DNA of 64,000 bases from an uncultured Spirochaetales bacterium (GCA_964618265.1 CAZUAE010000010.1:1372-65371); one strand, 5' to 3'. Numbered from the stretch's first letter, positions 30,268-40,268 are shown. Translations and numbers: made by a program. Notes: generated by a model from the letters alone, not told the origin.

Positions 30268-31060
30268 ATACCCGTTTAATAATGGAAGGTTTTTCTCGAG
30301 GTGTTTTTCTCCGGTCATACTCTTTCCAATGGTGATACTTCTGTACACCCTCTTCGTGTTCTATGTCCCCCTCCAGTCCCGCCCGGCGGTCCCCCACCGA
30401 TTTTAGAACATCCTCCTGGCCATACATTATTACTTTGTCCCCCTGGTGAATGTATGTTTCCCCCCGGGGGGTACCGATAAAGCTGCCGTTGCTTCTCCGA
30501 ATACCCAAAACCAGGACCCCTTCATCGGATAATTTCATCTCCGTAAGATTCTTATCGTTCATCCAGCTATCGGGGTGTATGATAAACTGGCTAATTTCGT
30601 AGTTACTCTCTAAATTGAGGAGACTGGCATAGTCCCCAACCCGGATACTGGTGATTTTTTTTAAAGCCCGTTCTACAATGAAGCTCAGAACCCGGTCAAA
30701 AACCCGGAGCCGGGATATCAGAAGCAGCAGGAGAGCCCCGCCGGCTAGTAGTCCGATCCGGATAAGGACATCACGTGGTGTTTGGGTATTGACGAATGAA
30801 AGTGTCATCGTGGATATAACTGTGACAAAGCCGGCGTTCCTGAGGAGCATCAGTGCCATGATAATTCTTCGTCTAAAGGGGTTACTCACAACGTATTCAG
30901 CTTCACTTGTAGTGAAACCCGTGCCGGTAAAGGCGGACCTGGCTTGAAATTTTGCGGCCTCTCTAGATATACCTGTAAGGGTTAGAAGGACTGTAGCGAT
31001 TCTGACAATGATGAGGGATATCATCAGTATGATGAAAAATGATATTACAGCTGCCATCAT
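30257..31060 (-). CDS. membrane protein with pore-loop-like motif and C-terminal RCK_C (TrkA-C) domain
   Basis: 267 aa with an N-terminal TM helix, an SAFTGTGFTT motif and a C-terminal TrkA-C-like segment (LVLGIRRSNG...IHQGDKVIMYG). Confidence 0.45.
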   Translation of the reverse strand: MMAAVISFFIILMISLIIVRIATVLLTLTGISREAAKFQARSAFTGTGFTTSEAEYVVSNPFRRRIIMALMLLRNAGFVTVISTMTLSFVNTQTPRDVLIRIGLLAGGALLLLLISRLRVFDRVLSFIVERALKKITSIRVGDYASLLNLESNYEISQFIIHPDSWMNDKNLTEMKLSDEGVLVLGIRRSNGSFIGTPRGETYIHQGDKVIMYGQEDVLKSVGDRRAGLEGDIEHEEGVQKYHHWKEYDRRKTPREKPSIIKRVFKR

Positions 31061-31111
31061 ATGAGTATAATTCCTGCATGTACAAAATTCAATCTAAAGG
31101 ATATGAAATAA

Positions 31112-32017
31112 ATGAAAGCAACAGTATTGGTTAACAGGGTTGGGAAAAATGGTATTGGGGAGACTGTAGCTTGTCTCAAGGATGGAGATAAAGCCCTGGA
31201 TGCGCTGGAGAAAGGGATTAGAATCGTGGAAAGTGATCCGTCGGTACACAGTGTAGGCTGGGGGAGCTGGCCTAATATGAGCGGTGAAGTTGAACTGGAT
31301 GCTTCTTTAATGGATGGAAACAGCAGAAAGTGCGGTTCTGTAGGGGCCTTAAAAGGGTTTCGGCATCCTATATCAGTAGCTAAAAAGGTTCTGGAAAAAC
31401 TTCCTCATGTTCTGTTGGCGGGGGAAGGGGCTGCCCAGTTTGCCCGGGAATGCGGAGAGGAGGAAGGTGATAATTTAAGCGAGGAGGCGGAACGGAAATA
31501 CCGCGAATGGCTTTCCGGTCATGAGGCCCTGACCGGAACCGATCGGGCTTGGGCTACCGTGGACCCTGAGTCTTTAAAGGGAACAACCGTTTTTATAACC
31601 CGATGGCCTGGACAGGGTATATCTACCGGAGTTAGTACAAGCGGCTGGGCCTGGAAGTACCCCGGAAGACTGGGTGATTCCCCCGTTATAGGCGCCGGGT
31701 CATACTGTGATTCCCGGTACGGCGCCGGCGGCTGTACCGGACTTGGAGAACTAACAATTCGTACAAACGCCTCCCACTTAATAGTATATTATCTGAAACA
31801 GGGTCTCCCGGTCCGGGATGCTGTGCTTAATGCAGCCTTCGAAGTTGATGAATGTATGCAGGATCTCCCGGGGACGGTGGTGCTTCATGCTTTGGATTCG
31901 GGGGATGACCATTTTGTCTGTACGGTGGGGGCTAAACAACAGATTCCTTATTATTACTGGGAGGAGGGGATGAACCAGCCGGAGAAACGGGAATCTTTTC
32001 TGTTCGGAAAGAAGTAG
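31112..32017 (+). CDS. Ntn-hydrolase, asparaginase_2 family (isoaspartyl peptidase / L-asparaginase-like)
   Basis: 301 aa with the GDSPVIGAGSYCD glycine-rich motif characteristic of plant-type asparaginases. Confidence 0.6.
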   Translation: MKATVLVNRVGKNGIGETVACLKDGDKALDALEKGIRIVESDPSVHSVGWGSWPNMSGEVELDASLMDGNSRKCGSVGALKGFRHPISVAKKVLEKLPHVLLAGEGAAQFARECGEEEGDNLSEEAERKYREWLSGHEALTGTDRAWATVDPESLKGTTVFITRWPGQGISTGVSTSGWAWKYPGRLGDSPVIGAGSYCDSRYGAGGCTGLGELTIRTNASHLIVYYLKQGLPVRDAVLNAAFEVDECMQDLPGTVVLHALDSGDDHFVCTVGAKQQIPYYYWEEGMNQPEKRESFLFGKK

Positions 32018-32049
32018 GAAGCTGCAGAATATGATGTAACTCCCGCTCG

Positions 32050-32081
32050 CAGCAATTCTAAATTGTAAATTTAGAATTGAC
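32050..32081. repeat. family 3-related palindrome (CAATTCTAAATT-gta-AATTTAGAATTG)
   Basis: This is an inverted repeat found by direct reading. It is followed by an A-run, so it is unlikely to terminate the upstream gene. Confidence 0.4.
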
Positions 32082-32179
32082 AAAAAAAGATCTTGATATT
32101 CTCAGTGAATTATCTAATAATGACAGTTGATTTTGCAATTGCTTCAGGTAACTAAAAAAGGAAGGATTTTTACAGATTC

Positions 32180-33472
32180 ATGAGAAAAATGCCCGTGATG
32201 TCGACGGACCGGGAAATAAACGATAGAATTACTAAAATTTGCCATAAATTTCAGTATTATTTTACTCCGGTTTTCTTTGATGATGCCCCTGAAGCTTTAG
32301 AATATCTCAGGTATGAATTGCCGGAAATAAACATCATCAATTTTTCTGACCCTGGAGTAGATACAATGGATATCCTTGCGACAATCAAGGAGGATCCCTG
32401 GCTCCATTATGGCGGCATCGTAGGAGTTTGCCGGGAAAATGATGAAGACAAGCTTTGGAAAGAACTCCCCTATTCCAATGTTATCAGTGTGATTCGCCGG
32501 AATGATTTCGTTCAATCTTTCTTCCGTCTCTTTAAAATACTTATTCAGAATCGTCAGATCCTGTTTCAACGGGATCTTCAAAACTATCTTATCCGGAACA
32601 TTTCAGGTTCACTTGTAATGGATAATGATGCCTTTAATGTAAAGGTTGTGGCCAATATTGTTTCCAATTATCTTTATAATTCAAACTATATTGACAGGGA
32701 CGGCAAAGACCGTGTCCATGTTTCACTTTTTGAACTTTTGATGAACGCGGTGGAACATGGAAATTGCAGTATAAGCTACGAAGAGAAAACCAATTGGTTA
32801 GATACGCATGGTGATATTCTGGAACTTATAAGAGAAAAGTGTAAAGCCCCGAGTATTCGGCGCAAAAAGGTATATTTTAGTTATAAAATAACTCCCGAAC
32901 GCTCATTTTTTTCCATCCGGGACGAAGGAAACGGATTCGACTGGAAAAACAGGGTTAATCCCGAAGAACATGAAGTTAATTTTAATTCCCATGGGCATGG
33001 AATAAAAATGGCTGCACATTACATGGAAAATTTGGCATACAATAATTCCGGCAACATGGTAAGTTTCGAAGTTCCTCACCGGATGGAAGGAGCAAATTAT
33101 ATTCCCGGTATTTTGGCGGACCAGGAGGAAGTGACGGTACAGGACGGAGAAACAGTTTTTACCGAAAATGAAGAATCCAATTATCTATACTATATCGTTA
33201 CCGGTACATTAGACATATATTCCTCGGGAAGATATATCTCAACTCTTACTCCTGCTGATATGTTTCTGGGGGAGATGTCCTTTCTTCTGAATAACAGGCG
33301 TTCCGCTACAGTCCGGTCTAACGGAAAAAGTAAACTTATTAAAATATCGAAAAACTCTTTTGTGAATCTTATAAAGAATAATCCTCACTACGGAATTTTC
33401 TTAGCAAGACTTTTAGCCAACCGGTTGTCTAAACTCAACGCTCGAGTGGCGGGTCTCGAAACAGAATTATAA
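32180..33472 (+). CDS. multidomain signalling protein: degenerate receiver-like N-term, HATPase_c (anti-sigma-factor-type Ser kinase) domain, C-terminal cyclic-nucleotide-binding domain
   Basis: 430 aa. It has LFELLMNAVEHGN (the RsbW/SpoIIAB-like N-box). The C-terminal region (YLYYIVTGTLDIYS...GEMSFL...RSATVRS) matches the cNMP-binding fold. Confidence 0.55.
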   Translation: MRKMPVMSTDREINDRITKICHKFQYYFTPVFFDDAPEALEYLRYELPEINIINFSDPGVDTMDILATIKEDPWLHYGGIVGVCRENDEDKLWKELPYSNVISVIRRNDFVQSFFRLFKILIQNRQILFQRDLQNYLIRNISGSLVMDNDAFNVKVVANIVSNYLYNSNYIDRDGKDRVHVSLFELLMNAVEHGNCSISYEEKTNWLDTHGDILELIREKCKAPSIRRKKVYFSYKITPERSFFSIRDEGNGFDWKNRVNPEEHEVNFNSHGHGIKMAAHYMENLAYNNSGNMVSFEVPHRMEGANYIPGILADQEEVTVQDGETVFTENEESNYLYYIVTGTLDIYSSGRYISTLTPADMFLGEMSFLLNNRRSATVRSNGKSKLIKISKNSFVNLIKNNPHYGIFLARLLANRLSKLNARVAGLETEL

Positions 33473-33506
33473 ATAATCATCGTTAAAAAGGCCGCAGGAG
33501 GTTCAG

Positions 33507-34625
33507 TTGAAAATAAAACCTATTAAAGATAAATGGAAAGGGACAATGACCGATCGGGAACGGTTTGTTAAGCAAATGCACTACGAAAAAACCGACCGGT
33601 GTTTTAATATGGAGTTCGGATACTGGCAGGACAACTTTGAACAGTGGAAGATTTTCCGGGATAATAATATTACGAGTAATAGCGAGGCGGACATTTTTTT
33701 TAATTTTGATCCTGTCCACGATATTCGTGGTAATAACTGGATGGATCCTCCCTTTCCCGAAAAGATTATCAGTGAAACAGCTGATAAAAGAATACTCATG
33801 AACGGGGACGGCCTTACCGCGGAACTTCCGAAGGATGGACACGCAACCATACCCCACTATCTGAACTCATCAGTAAAAACACCTGACGATTGGAAACGGG
33901 TAAAGGAGGAACGTTTCCAACTGGATTCTCCCGGCAGAAAGATTGATATTGAGGAGCTTAAAAAGAAGCATCCCCCCGACAGGACCTATCCGTTAGGTAT
34001 TTTTTGCGGCTCCTTTATCGGGAAGATTCGGGACATGCTTACCTTTGAAGGGCTTGCCTATGCTGTTTACGATTATCCCGACATGGTAGAAGACATGGTG
34101 GAGCAGGTGTGCTTGCTGGTGGAACAGAATATGGACGCTCTGCTTCCCCACTTTTCCTTCGATTTTGCTTCCGGATGGGAGGACATCGCGTTTAAAAACG
34201 GGCCCATCGTCTCTATCGATTTTTTCAAATCGGTGATTGTTCCCAGATACAAACGGATACGTAAAAAACTGGATGAATACGGTATAGATATATGGTATAC
34301 CGATTGCGATGGAGATATTCGTCCCCTTATCCCCTATTTCATGGAAGGCGGAATAAATTGTATGTTCCCCTTTGAAGTTAACGGGTCGGGACATCCCGGG
34401 GAAGTGCTTGCGGAATACGGTCCGGAACTTAGGATAATGGGCGGTGTGGACAAAATGGAACTGCGGAAAGGTAAAGAAGCCATCAAATCTTATCTAGAAA
34501 GTCTTGAGGGATTGGTCGAAAAGGGAGGCTTTATCCCCTTTTGTGACCATCGATGTCCGCCTGATGTTGATGAGAATGATTACTTGTACTACCTGGACCT
34601 TAAAGAAAAAATGTTCGGAATCTAA
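33507..34625 (+). CDS. uroporphyrinogen decarboxylase (URO-D)-like family protein
   Basis: 372 aa. The C-terminal half resembles URO-D / MtaA-type TIM barrels (GGINCMFPFE...MGGVD). Confidence 0.45.
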   Translation: MKIKPIKDKWKGTMTDRERFVKQMHYEKTDRCFNMEFGYWQDNFEQWKIFRDNNITSNSEADIFFNFDPVHDIRGNNWMDPPFPEKIISETADKRILMNGDGLTAELPKDGHATIPHYLNSSVKTPDDWKRVKEERFQLDSPGRKIDIEELKKKHPPDRTYPLGIFCGSFIGKIRDMLTFEGLAYAVYDYPDMVEDMVEQVCLLVEQNMDALLPHFSFDFASGWEDIAFKNGPIVSIDFFKSVIVPRYKRIRKKLDEYGIDIWYTDCDGDIRPLIPYFMEGGINCMFPFEVNGSGHPGEVLAEYGPELRIMGGVDKMELRKGKEAIKSYLESLEGLVEKGGFIPFCDHRCPPDVDENDYLYYLDLKEKMFGI

Positions 34626-34799
34626 AAATTCAGCCACTTCCGATTGATTTAATTATTTATTTTATAATAATTTATATTCTTAGATGTGAATGTAATAGCC
34701 TAAAATTGCTCGTAAATTTATCAGTTTTCTTGCATTTACATTCGCTGTGCACTAAGCTAAATACTGTTCGAATGAGTAATAAAGCACAGGAGGCAAGTT

Positions 34800-35234
34800 G
34801 TGAAGGCAAAGGGAGATTACCCCGCAATAAATGAAAAGAAACCGGATGGGCAGCGTCCGGATGGAACACCATACAAAGTGTTGATTGTTGATGACTCGAT
34901 TTTTGTGGCGAAACAGTTAAGCCAAATCTTAACTTCAGCAGGTTTTGAAGTAGTTGCTACCGCGACTGATGGAGAAGACGGATTGGCAAAATATAAAGAC
35001 CTTCATCCCAACGTGGACCTTGTCACCATGGATATCACTATGCCCAAGATGGACGGGGTAACAGCCCTGGAAAAAATACTGGAGTTCGACAAAGAAGCCC
35101 TGGTTATTATGATTAGCGCTTTGGGAAAGAATGATTTGGTAAAGAAATCTCTCTTAGCCGGAGCAAAGAACTACATTGTAAAACCATTAAACCGCGAAAA
35201 AGTTTTAGAACGCATCCTTTTAGCTTTAGCCTAA
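34800..35234 (+). CDS. CheY-like single-domain response regulator
   Basis: 144 aa with receiver motifs LIVDDS, VTMDITMP and ISALGK. Confidence 0.7.
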   Translation: MKAKGDYPAINEKKPDGQRPDGTPYKVLIVDDSIFVAKQLSQILTSAGFEVVATATDGEDGLAKYKDLHPNVDLVTMDITMPKMDGVTALEKILEFDKEALVIMISALGKNDLVKKSLLAGAKNYIVKPLNREKVLERILLALA

Positions 35235-35424
35235 GTATCTTGCCGGTTTTGTTTTTCCCCGCAAAACCGGCCGCACAGTAATCAACCTCACCTGAGCCTC
35301 TGTAAAAACCGCGATATATCCAGAATGACACGCGGACAACTGGTCCTGAGAAACAGTCCCGCCGAGGGAAGACGAAGAGAGCCGGATCGTAGTATTGTAT
35401 GGTAAAATAAAAAGAGGTTGTATT

Positions 35425-36471
35425 ATGAAAAAACTTAAAACAGCGGTTATCGGATTGGGTCGGATCGGTTGGAATTTTCACATAAAAGAGATTGCATCAC
35501 ATAGAGGATTTATTTTGGAAGCGGTGGTAGATCCGGTAGAGGAACGGAGAAAGGACGCCGAAAAGGCCTACGGAATCAGGACTTTTACAGATTCCGCAGA
35601 ACTCTACGGGAATGTTAAACCCGACTTGGCGGTTATTGCTACCCCCACACCTTTCCATATGGAACAGACCTTAGAAGCCTTCAGCCATGGAGCGGATGTT
35701 TTCTGTGATAAACCGTTGGCCCTGACTTATGAAGATGCTTCCCGTTTAGCAGATGCCGCGGCTAAGTCAAAACGGAAGCTCATGGTCTATCAGCCTCATC
35801 GGGCACGTGCTGAAGTAGCTGCCCTTAAAGATATTCTATCTAAAGGTATGATTGGGGAAGTGTTTCTCATGAAGCGGGGTGTTCATAATTATGTACGACG
35901 GAACGATTGGCAGGCATTCACGAAGTACGGCGGCGGGATGCTGAACAACTACGGTGCTCATTATATCGACCAGCTTCTTTACCTATCCGGCGGAGGCGCA
36001 AAAAAAGTTTCCTGTGCTCTGAGGAGAATTCTCAGCTTAGGAGATGCTGACGATGTGGTAAAGGCGGTAATCGAAACCGAATCGGGTATTATTTTGGATA
36101 TCGATATAAATACAGCTTCCGCTTCTAAAATTGTTCCGTGGCTGATCCTGGGTAAGTATGGAAGTGTTGAATACGATTGGGATAAAAAAAGCTGGATTGT
36201 CAGGTCCATAGATCCAGCTCAACTCGGAGACGCGGTCCTTTCTGATTCTTTGGCCGCTTTAGACCGGGTTTATCCGAAGGATTCTGTCGATTGGGAGGTA
36301 CGGGAAATCCCCTTTGCCGATTATCAGGAGGTGAATTTCTACGATCAATGCTACCGTTATTTTGTACAGGGGAAAAAGCCTTTTGTCCCTTTGGAAGATA
36401 CTCTTGAAGTGATGCGGGTACTCAAGCTGTGCCGGGAAGATGCCCGGTCCGGCGGATTCACATTGGAGTAA
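35425..36471 (+). CDS. Gfo/Idh/MocA family oxidoreductase
   Basis: It has a Rossmann N-terminus (MKKLKTAVIGLGRIGWNFH). The start is set at ATG 35425, which follows AGAGG. The track start at 35395 is an upstream extension. Confidence 0.75.
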   Translation: MKKLKTAVIGLGRIGWNFHIKEIASHRGFILEAVVDPVEERRKDAEKAYGIRTFTDSAELYGNVKPDLAVIATPTPFHMEQTLEAFSHGADVFCDKPLALTYEDASRLADAAAKSKRKLMVYQPHRARAEVAALKDILSKGMIGEVFLMKRGVHNYVRRNDWQAFTKYGGGMLNNYGAHYIDQLLYLSGGGAKKVSCALRRILSLGDADDVVKAVIETESGIILDIDINTASASKIVPWLILGKYGSVEYDWDKKSWIVRSIDPAQLGDAVLSDSLAALDRVYPKDSVDWEVREIPFADYQEVNFYDQCYRYFVQGKKPFVPLEDTLEVMRVLKLCREDARSGGFTLE

Positions 36472-36480
36472 AAACTGCAG

Positions 36481-38607
36481 GTGTTACATATGATTCTTCA
36501 GAAAAAAATATCTCATGAATTCTCAGTCCCTGAAGAAAAAGTTAAAAACATTCTTTCCCTATTAGAGGATGGTGCTACCGTTCCCTTTATTGCCCGTTAT
36601 CGGAAGGAAATGACCGGCGGAGCCGATGAAGTACTCATAACCGGGATCCGGGACCGCGCGGCCGGTCTGACGGATTTAGAAAAAAGACGGGACGGTGTAA
36701 TAAATAGTCTCCGGGAGCGGGGTCTGCTTTCAGAAGAATTGAAAAGGAAGGTTCTTTCCGCGGAGAGTAAAGCGGAGCTCGAAGATATTTATCTTCCTTA
36801 CCGTCCTAAGCGGAAAACCCGGGCATCGGCAGCCCGGGAGGCGGGACTGGAAAGTCTTGCGGAGACGATGTTCCGGGCCGCGGAAGATCCTCGAAAGGCT
36901 GCCCCCGGTTATATTAATCCGGAAGCAGGTATTGAATCTCTCGATGACGCGCTGGAGGGGGCAAAAGATATTATTGCGGAGACTGTCAGCGTTGATGCAG
37001 ACATCCGGGGGAACTTGCGGGACCTTTTCTCGCGGAAGGCTTATCTGATTTCAAAAGCCGCCCGGGGAAAGAAGGAAGCGGGAAAAACATATCGTGATTA
37101 TCAAAACTACCATGAACCGGTTAAACGTGTTCCTTCCCACAGAATCCTGGCAATCCTTAGGGGGGTGAAGGAGGGACTGCTTACCATTCATGCCCTTCCG
37201 GAAGAGGAAGATGCTTTGTCTATTCTCTTTTCCCGCTTCCGGGTTCCGAAAACTCCATGGTCGGATTATCTCAAGGACGCCCTCGAAGATGCCTACCGAA
37301 GACTGCTTGCACCATCCCTCGAGCGGGAACTCCTCTCAACCTTAAAGGAACGCGCAGACCATGAGGCAATTCGGGTTTTTACGGAAAATCTAAGAGAGAT
37401 CCTCCTGGAGGATCCTTGGGGGAGTCGTCCGGTTTTAGCCCTGGATCCCGGGTACCGTACCGGCTGCAAGGCGGTTTCTCTAGATGATGGAGGAAATCTA
37501 CTCCATAACGTAACCGTATACCCGCTTCCTCCCCATAACAAGACAGAAGAAGCGGCAAAGATCTTAAAAGATGAAGCTTCTCGATTCAACCCGACAGCGG
37601 TGGCGGTGGGAAACGGAACCGGCGGAAGAGAAGCGGAAGCATTTTGCCGGAATGCCCTTCCCCGCATCCCGGTAATCTCTGTTAACGAAAGCGGAGCTTC
37701 GGTATATTCCGCGTCGGAATCTGCCCGGAGAGAATTTCCTGATAAAGACGTTACGGTTCGGGGCGCGGTTTCCATCGGCAGAAGACTTCAGGATCCGTTG
37801 GCCGAACTGGTAAAGATAGATCCTGCTTCCATTGGCGTCGGGCAGTATCAGCACGATGTGGATCAGAATAAACTTAAACAGGCTTTAGGAGAAACGGTTA
37901 TGTCCTGTGTAGCAAAAGTAGGGGTGGAGCTTAATTCCGCCAGCCGAGAACTTTTATCCTATGTGCCGGGTATGACAAAAAAAACAACGGATGCGGTGGT
38001 AACTTATCGAGAAACCAGTGGATTATTCCGGAACCGGGAAGACCTTAAGAAAGTTCCGGGAATCGGGGAGAAAGCTTTCCAGCAGGCCGCCGGGTTTCTT
38101 CGGATTCGAAACGGAGAAAACCCATTGGATGCCGGCGCTGTGCATCCGGAACGGTACGATCTGGTAATCCGCATGGCACAGGACACCGGTCATACTATAC
38201 GGCAATTAATGGAGAGTTCAGAAGCAAGGAATACGGTAAACTTACAAAAGTATGTCGATGGAACTACCGGCTTTGCTACTCTGTCTGATATAATGAAGGA
38301 GCTTGAGAAACCAGGAAGGGATCCCCGGGAAAGATACACCCCGATGGAATTTTCTTCAGAAATCAGGGAGCTGGCAGATCTAAAGGAAAATATGATATTA
38401 CCGGGAATCGTAACCAACGTTACCGATTTCGGCGCTTTCGTGGATATCGGGGTCCATCATGACGGATTGGTCCATATAAGCGAACTGTCTGATTCTTTTG
38501 TGAAAAATCCCCGGGATGTAATAAAAGTGCGGCAGCGCGTCCGGGTTAGGGTGCTGGATGTAGATACCGACCGGTCCAGAATTTCTCTTTCCCTTAAGGG
38601 TTTTTAA
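36481..38607 (+). CDS. tex: transcription accessory protein Tex (YqgF/RNase H-like + HhH + S1 domains)
   Basis: 708 aa with a conserved Tex N-terminus (FIARYRKEMTGG) and a C-terminal S1 domain (GIVTNVTDFGAFVDIG...GLVHISEL). Confidence 0.8.
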   Translation: MLHMILQKKISHEFSVPEEKVKNILSLLEDGATVPFIARYRKEMTGGADEVLITGIRDRAAGLTDLEKRRDGVINSLRERGLLSEELKRKVLSAESKAELEDIYLPYRPKRKTRASAAREAGLESLAETMFRAAEDPRKAAPGYINPEAGIESLDDALEGAKDIIAETVSVDADIRGNLRDLFSRKAYLISKAARGKKEAGKTYRDYQNYHEPVKRVPSHRILAILRGVKEGLLTIHALPEEEDALSILFSRFRVPKTPWSDYLKDALEDAYRRLLAPSLERELLSTLKERADHEAIRVFTENLREILLEDPWGSRPVLALDPGYRTGCKAVSLDDGGNLLHNVTVYPLPPHNKTEEAAKILKDEASRFNPTAVAVGNGTGGREAEAFCRNALPRIPVISVNESGASVYSASESARREFPDKDVTVRGAVSIGRRLQDPLAELVKIDPASIGVGQYQHDVDQNKLKQALGETVMSCVAKVGVELNSASRELLSYVPGMTKKTTDAVVTYRETSGLFRNREDLKKVPGIGEKAFQQAAGFLRIRNGENPLDAGAVHPERYDLVIRMAQDTGHTIRQLMESSEARNTVNLQKYVDGTTGFATLSDIMKELEKPGRDPRERYTPMEFSSEIRELADLKENMILPGIVTNVTDFGAFVDIGVHHDGLVHISELSDSFVKNPRDVIKVRQRVRVRVLDVDTDRSRISLSLKGF

Positions 38608-38700
38608 AATAATCAAACAGCATTCTCTATTTTTTCGTCTTAAATAATATCCAGGTTTTTCTAACGGTTATGTGCATTATTTTTTTGAAAGGGGGATTGC

Positions 38701-39061
38701 TTGGCCGGCAATAACACAAAAAAAATCGATTATAAGAAGTTTTGGCCGAGTCTGAAGAGGATACTGAAGCTGGTAAGGCCGGAATGGAAATTCCTCTACT
38801 TAGATTAAGAATGTATCTTTTTACTATGTTGACGGTACACCGGTCCCAGTGTATGGATTTTATCCTTAACTTTTCTGAAGGATTCGAGACGCACCGTAGT
38901 TGTGGTGGCCCATCGCCTATCCACGATAAAACATGCCGATAGGATACTGGTAATAAAGGCCGGCAAAATAGAAGAAGAGGGACTCATCGGGAGCTGTACG
39001 GGCTTTCGGGGTTATACCGCGGGCTGTATGATAATCAATTCAGGGAAACAGAGGGAGTGGA
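38701..39061 (+). pseudogene. relic of an ABC exporter (MsbA-like) gene: N-terminal ~35 codons and C-terminal ~35 codons only, in different frames
   Basis: - 38701-38805: LAGNNTKKIDYKKFWPSLKRILKLVRPEWKFLYLD-stop, an exporter N-terminus.
- 38881-38990: RRTVVVVAHRLSTIKHADRILVIKAGKIEEEG, an NBD C-terminus.
- The TMD and most of the NBD are missing. Confidence 0.45.
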
Positions 39062-40268
39062 AGATGAGACTATGTAAAAATAACCGGCTCCTAAGATTTT
39101 ATGGTTTTTTAAAGGGGAAATGGATCTTAAACTACTTTTTCGGGCTGATTTCGTCCAGCTCTCAATCTTTTATTACTGTTTTTATAGCTTCCATGGGAGT
39201 AAAATGGATGGCTGATGCCATATCGGAAGGGAGTATGGGATCTCTTATCAATGGAGCGCTGTTTTTCTTTTTCGGATTGCTGGGAGCCATGACCATCATT
39301 CCGCTCTTCTGGGTTCTTTTTTACCGTTCCAGTCTGGAAATAAAAAGGAATGTTCTTTATGCCATGTACGATAATGTTTACCGGCTGCCCCAGAGTTATA
39401 TTGAATCGCACCATTCCGGAGACCTGATATCAAGACTCACAAACGATATAGAAACTTCCGAAAAGACCTTGAACTGGTCAATGAAGCGGGTTTTCCTCAA
39501 CATGGGGATGACAGCGGGGGGAAACCTTATCTACTCATTAAGCCGGATAGGATTATTCATTATTGGAGGCGTACTGATCCTGGGCGGTGGAATCCCCTGT
39601 TTTCCGGATTAAATCTTTCAATTAGGGAAAACGAGGTGGTTGCTTTGGCCGGTTCCTCCGGAGGCGGGAAAAGCACACTGCTTAAACTTTTACTGGGATT
39701 TTATAATGTGGATAAAGGCCGTATTCTCCTCTACCATAAGCCCCTTTCAGAGTACAGCCTTAAAGAGTTAAGAAAACAGTTTGCCTATGTGCCGCAGAAT
39801 ACCTATCTTTTTGACGGGACCATTGCGGAAAACATAGCGTATGGCGAACCGGGTGCACCACCGGATCGGATTGAGGAGTGTGCCAGGGCCGCATATGCCC
39901 ATGGTTTTATTACTCAGCTCAGTGAAGGGTACAATTCCCTTGTGGGTGAAAGGGGTGTGCATCTTTCCGGAGGGCAGCGGCAGCGGATCGCCATTGCCCG
40001 GGCCCTTTTGAAGGATTCCCCCATCCTGCTTTTAGATGAGGATACAGCTTCTCTGGATTCCGAATCGGACCAGGAGGTGCAGAAAGCCCTGGATGTGCTG
40101 ATGAAAAACAGGACGGTAATTGTCATCGCCCACCGCCTTTCAACCATAAGGAAGTGCGGCCGGATTCTGGTGATCGAAGAAGGTGCTGTCCGGGAAGAGG
40201 GAAGTCATGAAGAACTAATGAAAAAGAACGGACGGTATGCCGAACTGTACGCAATGCAGTTTGGGTAA
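39062..40268 (+). pseudogene. truncated/frameshifted ABC exporter gene (half-length TMD fused out of frame to an intact-looking NBD)
   Basis: - The TMD portion runs 39062-39612, about 180 aa and ending with the SRLTNDIE region.
- TM4-6 are absent.
- A frame change near 39600 leads into the NBD at 39636-40268, which has Walker A GSSGGGKST, LSGGQRQR and Walker B ILLLDE. Confidence 0.45.

Noticed and set aside
35242-35271. Perfect 10-bp hairpin (GCCGGTTTTG...CAAAACCGGC) after the CheY-like gene, as a terminator
   Set aside because: There is no U-tract after the 3' arm, and the T-run is inside the loop. It may still be a structural element or protein-binding palindrome, but it is not a convincing intrinsic terminator.
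37293-38616. Minus-strand ORFs overlapping tex
   Set aside because: They are Arg/Ser-rich translations of the antisense strand of a conserved Tex gene and have no independent support.
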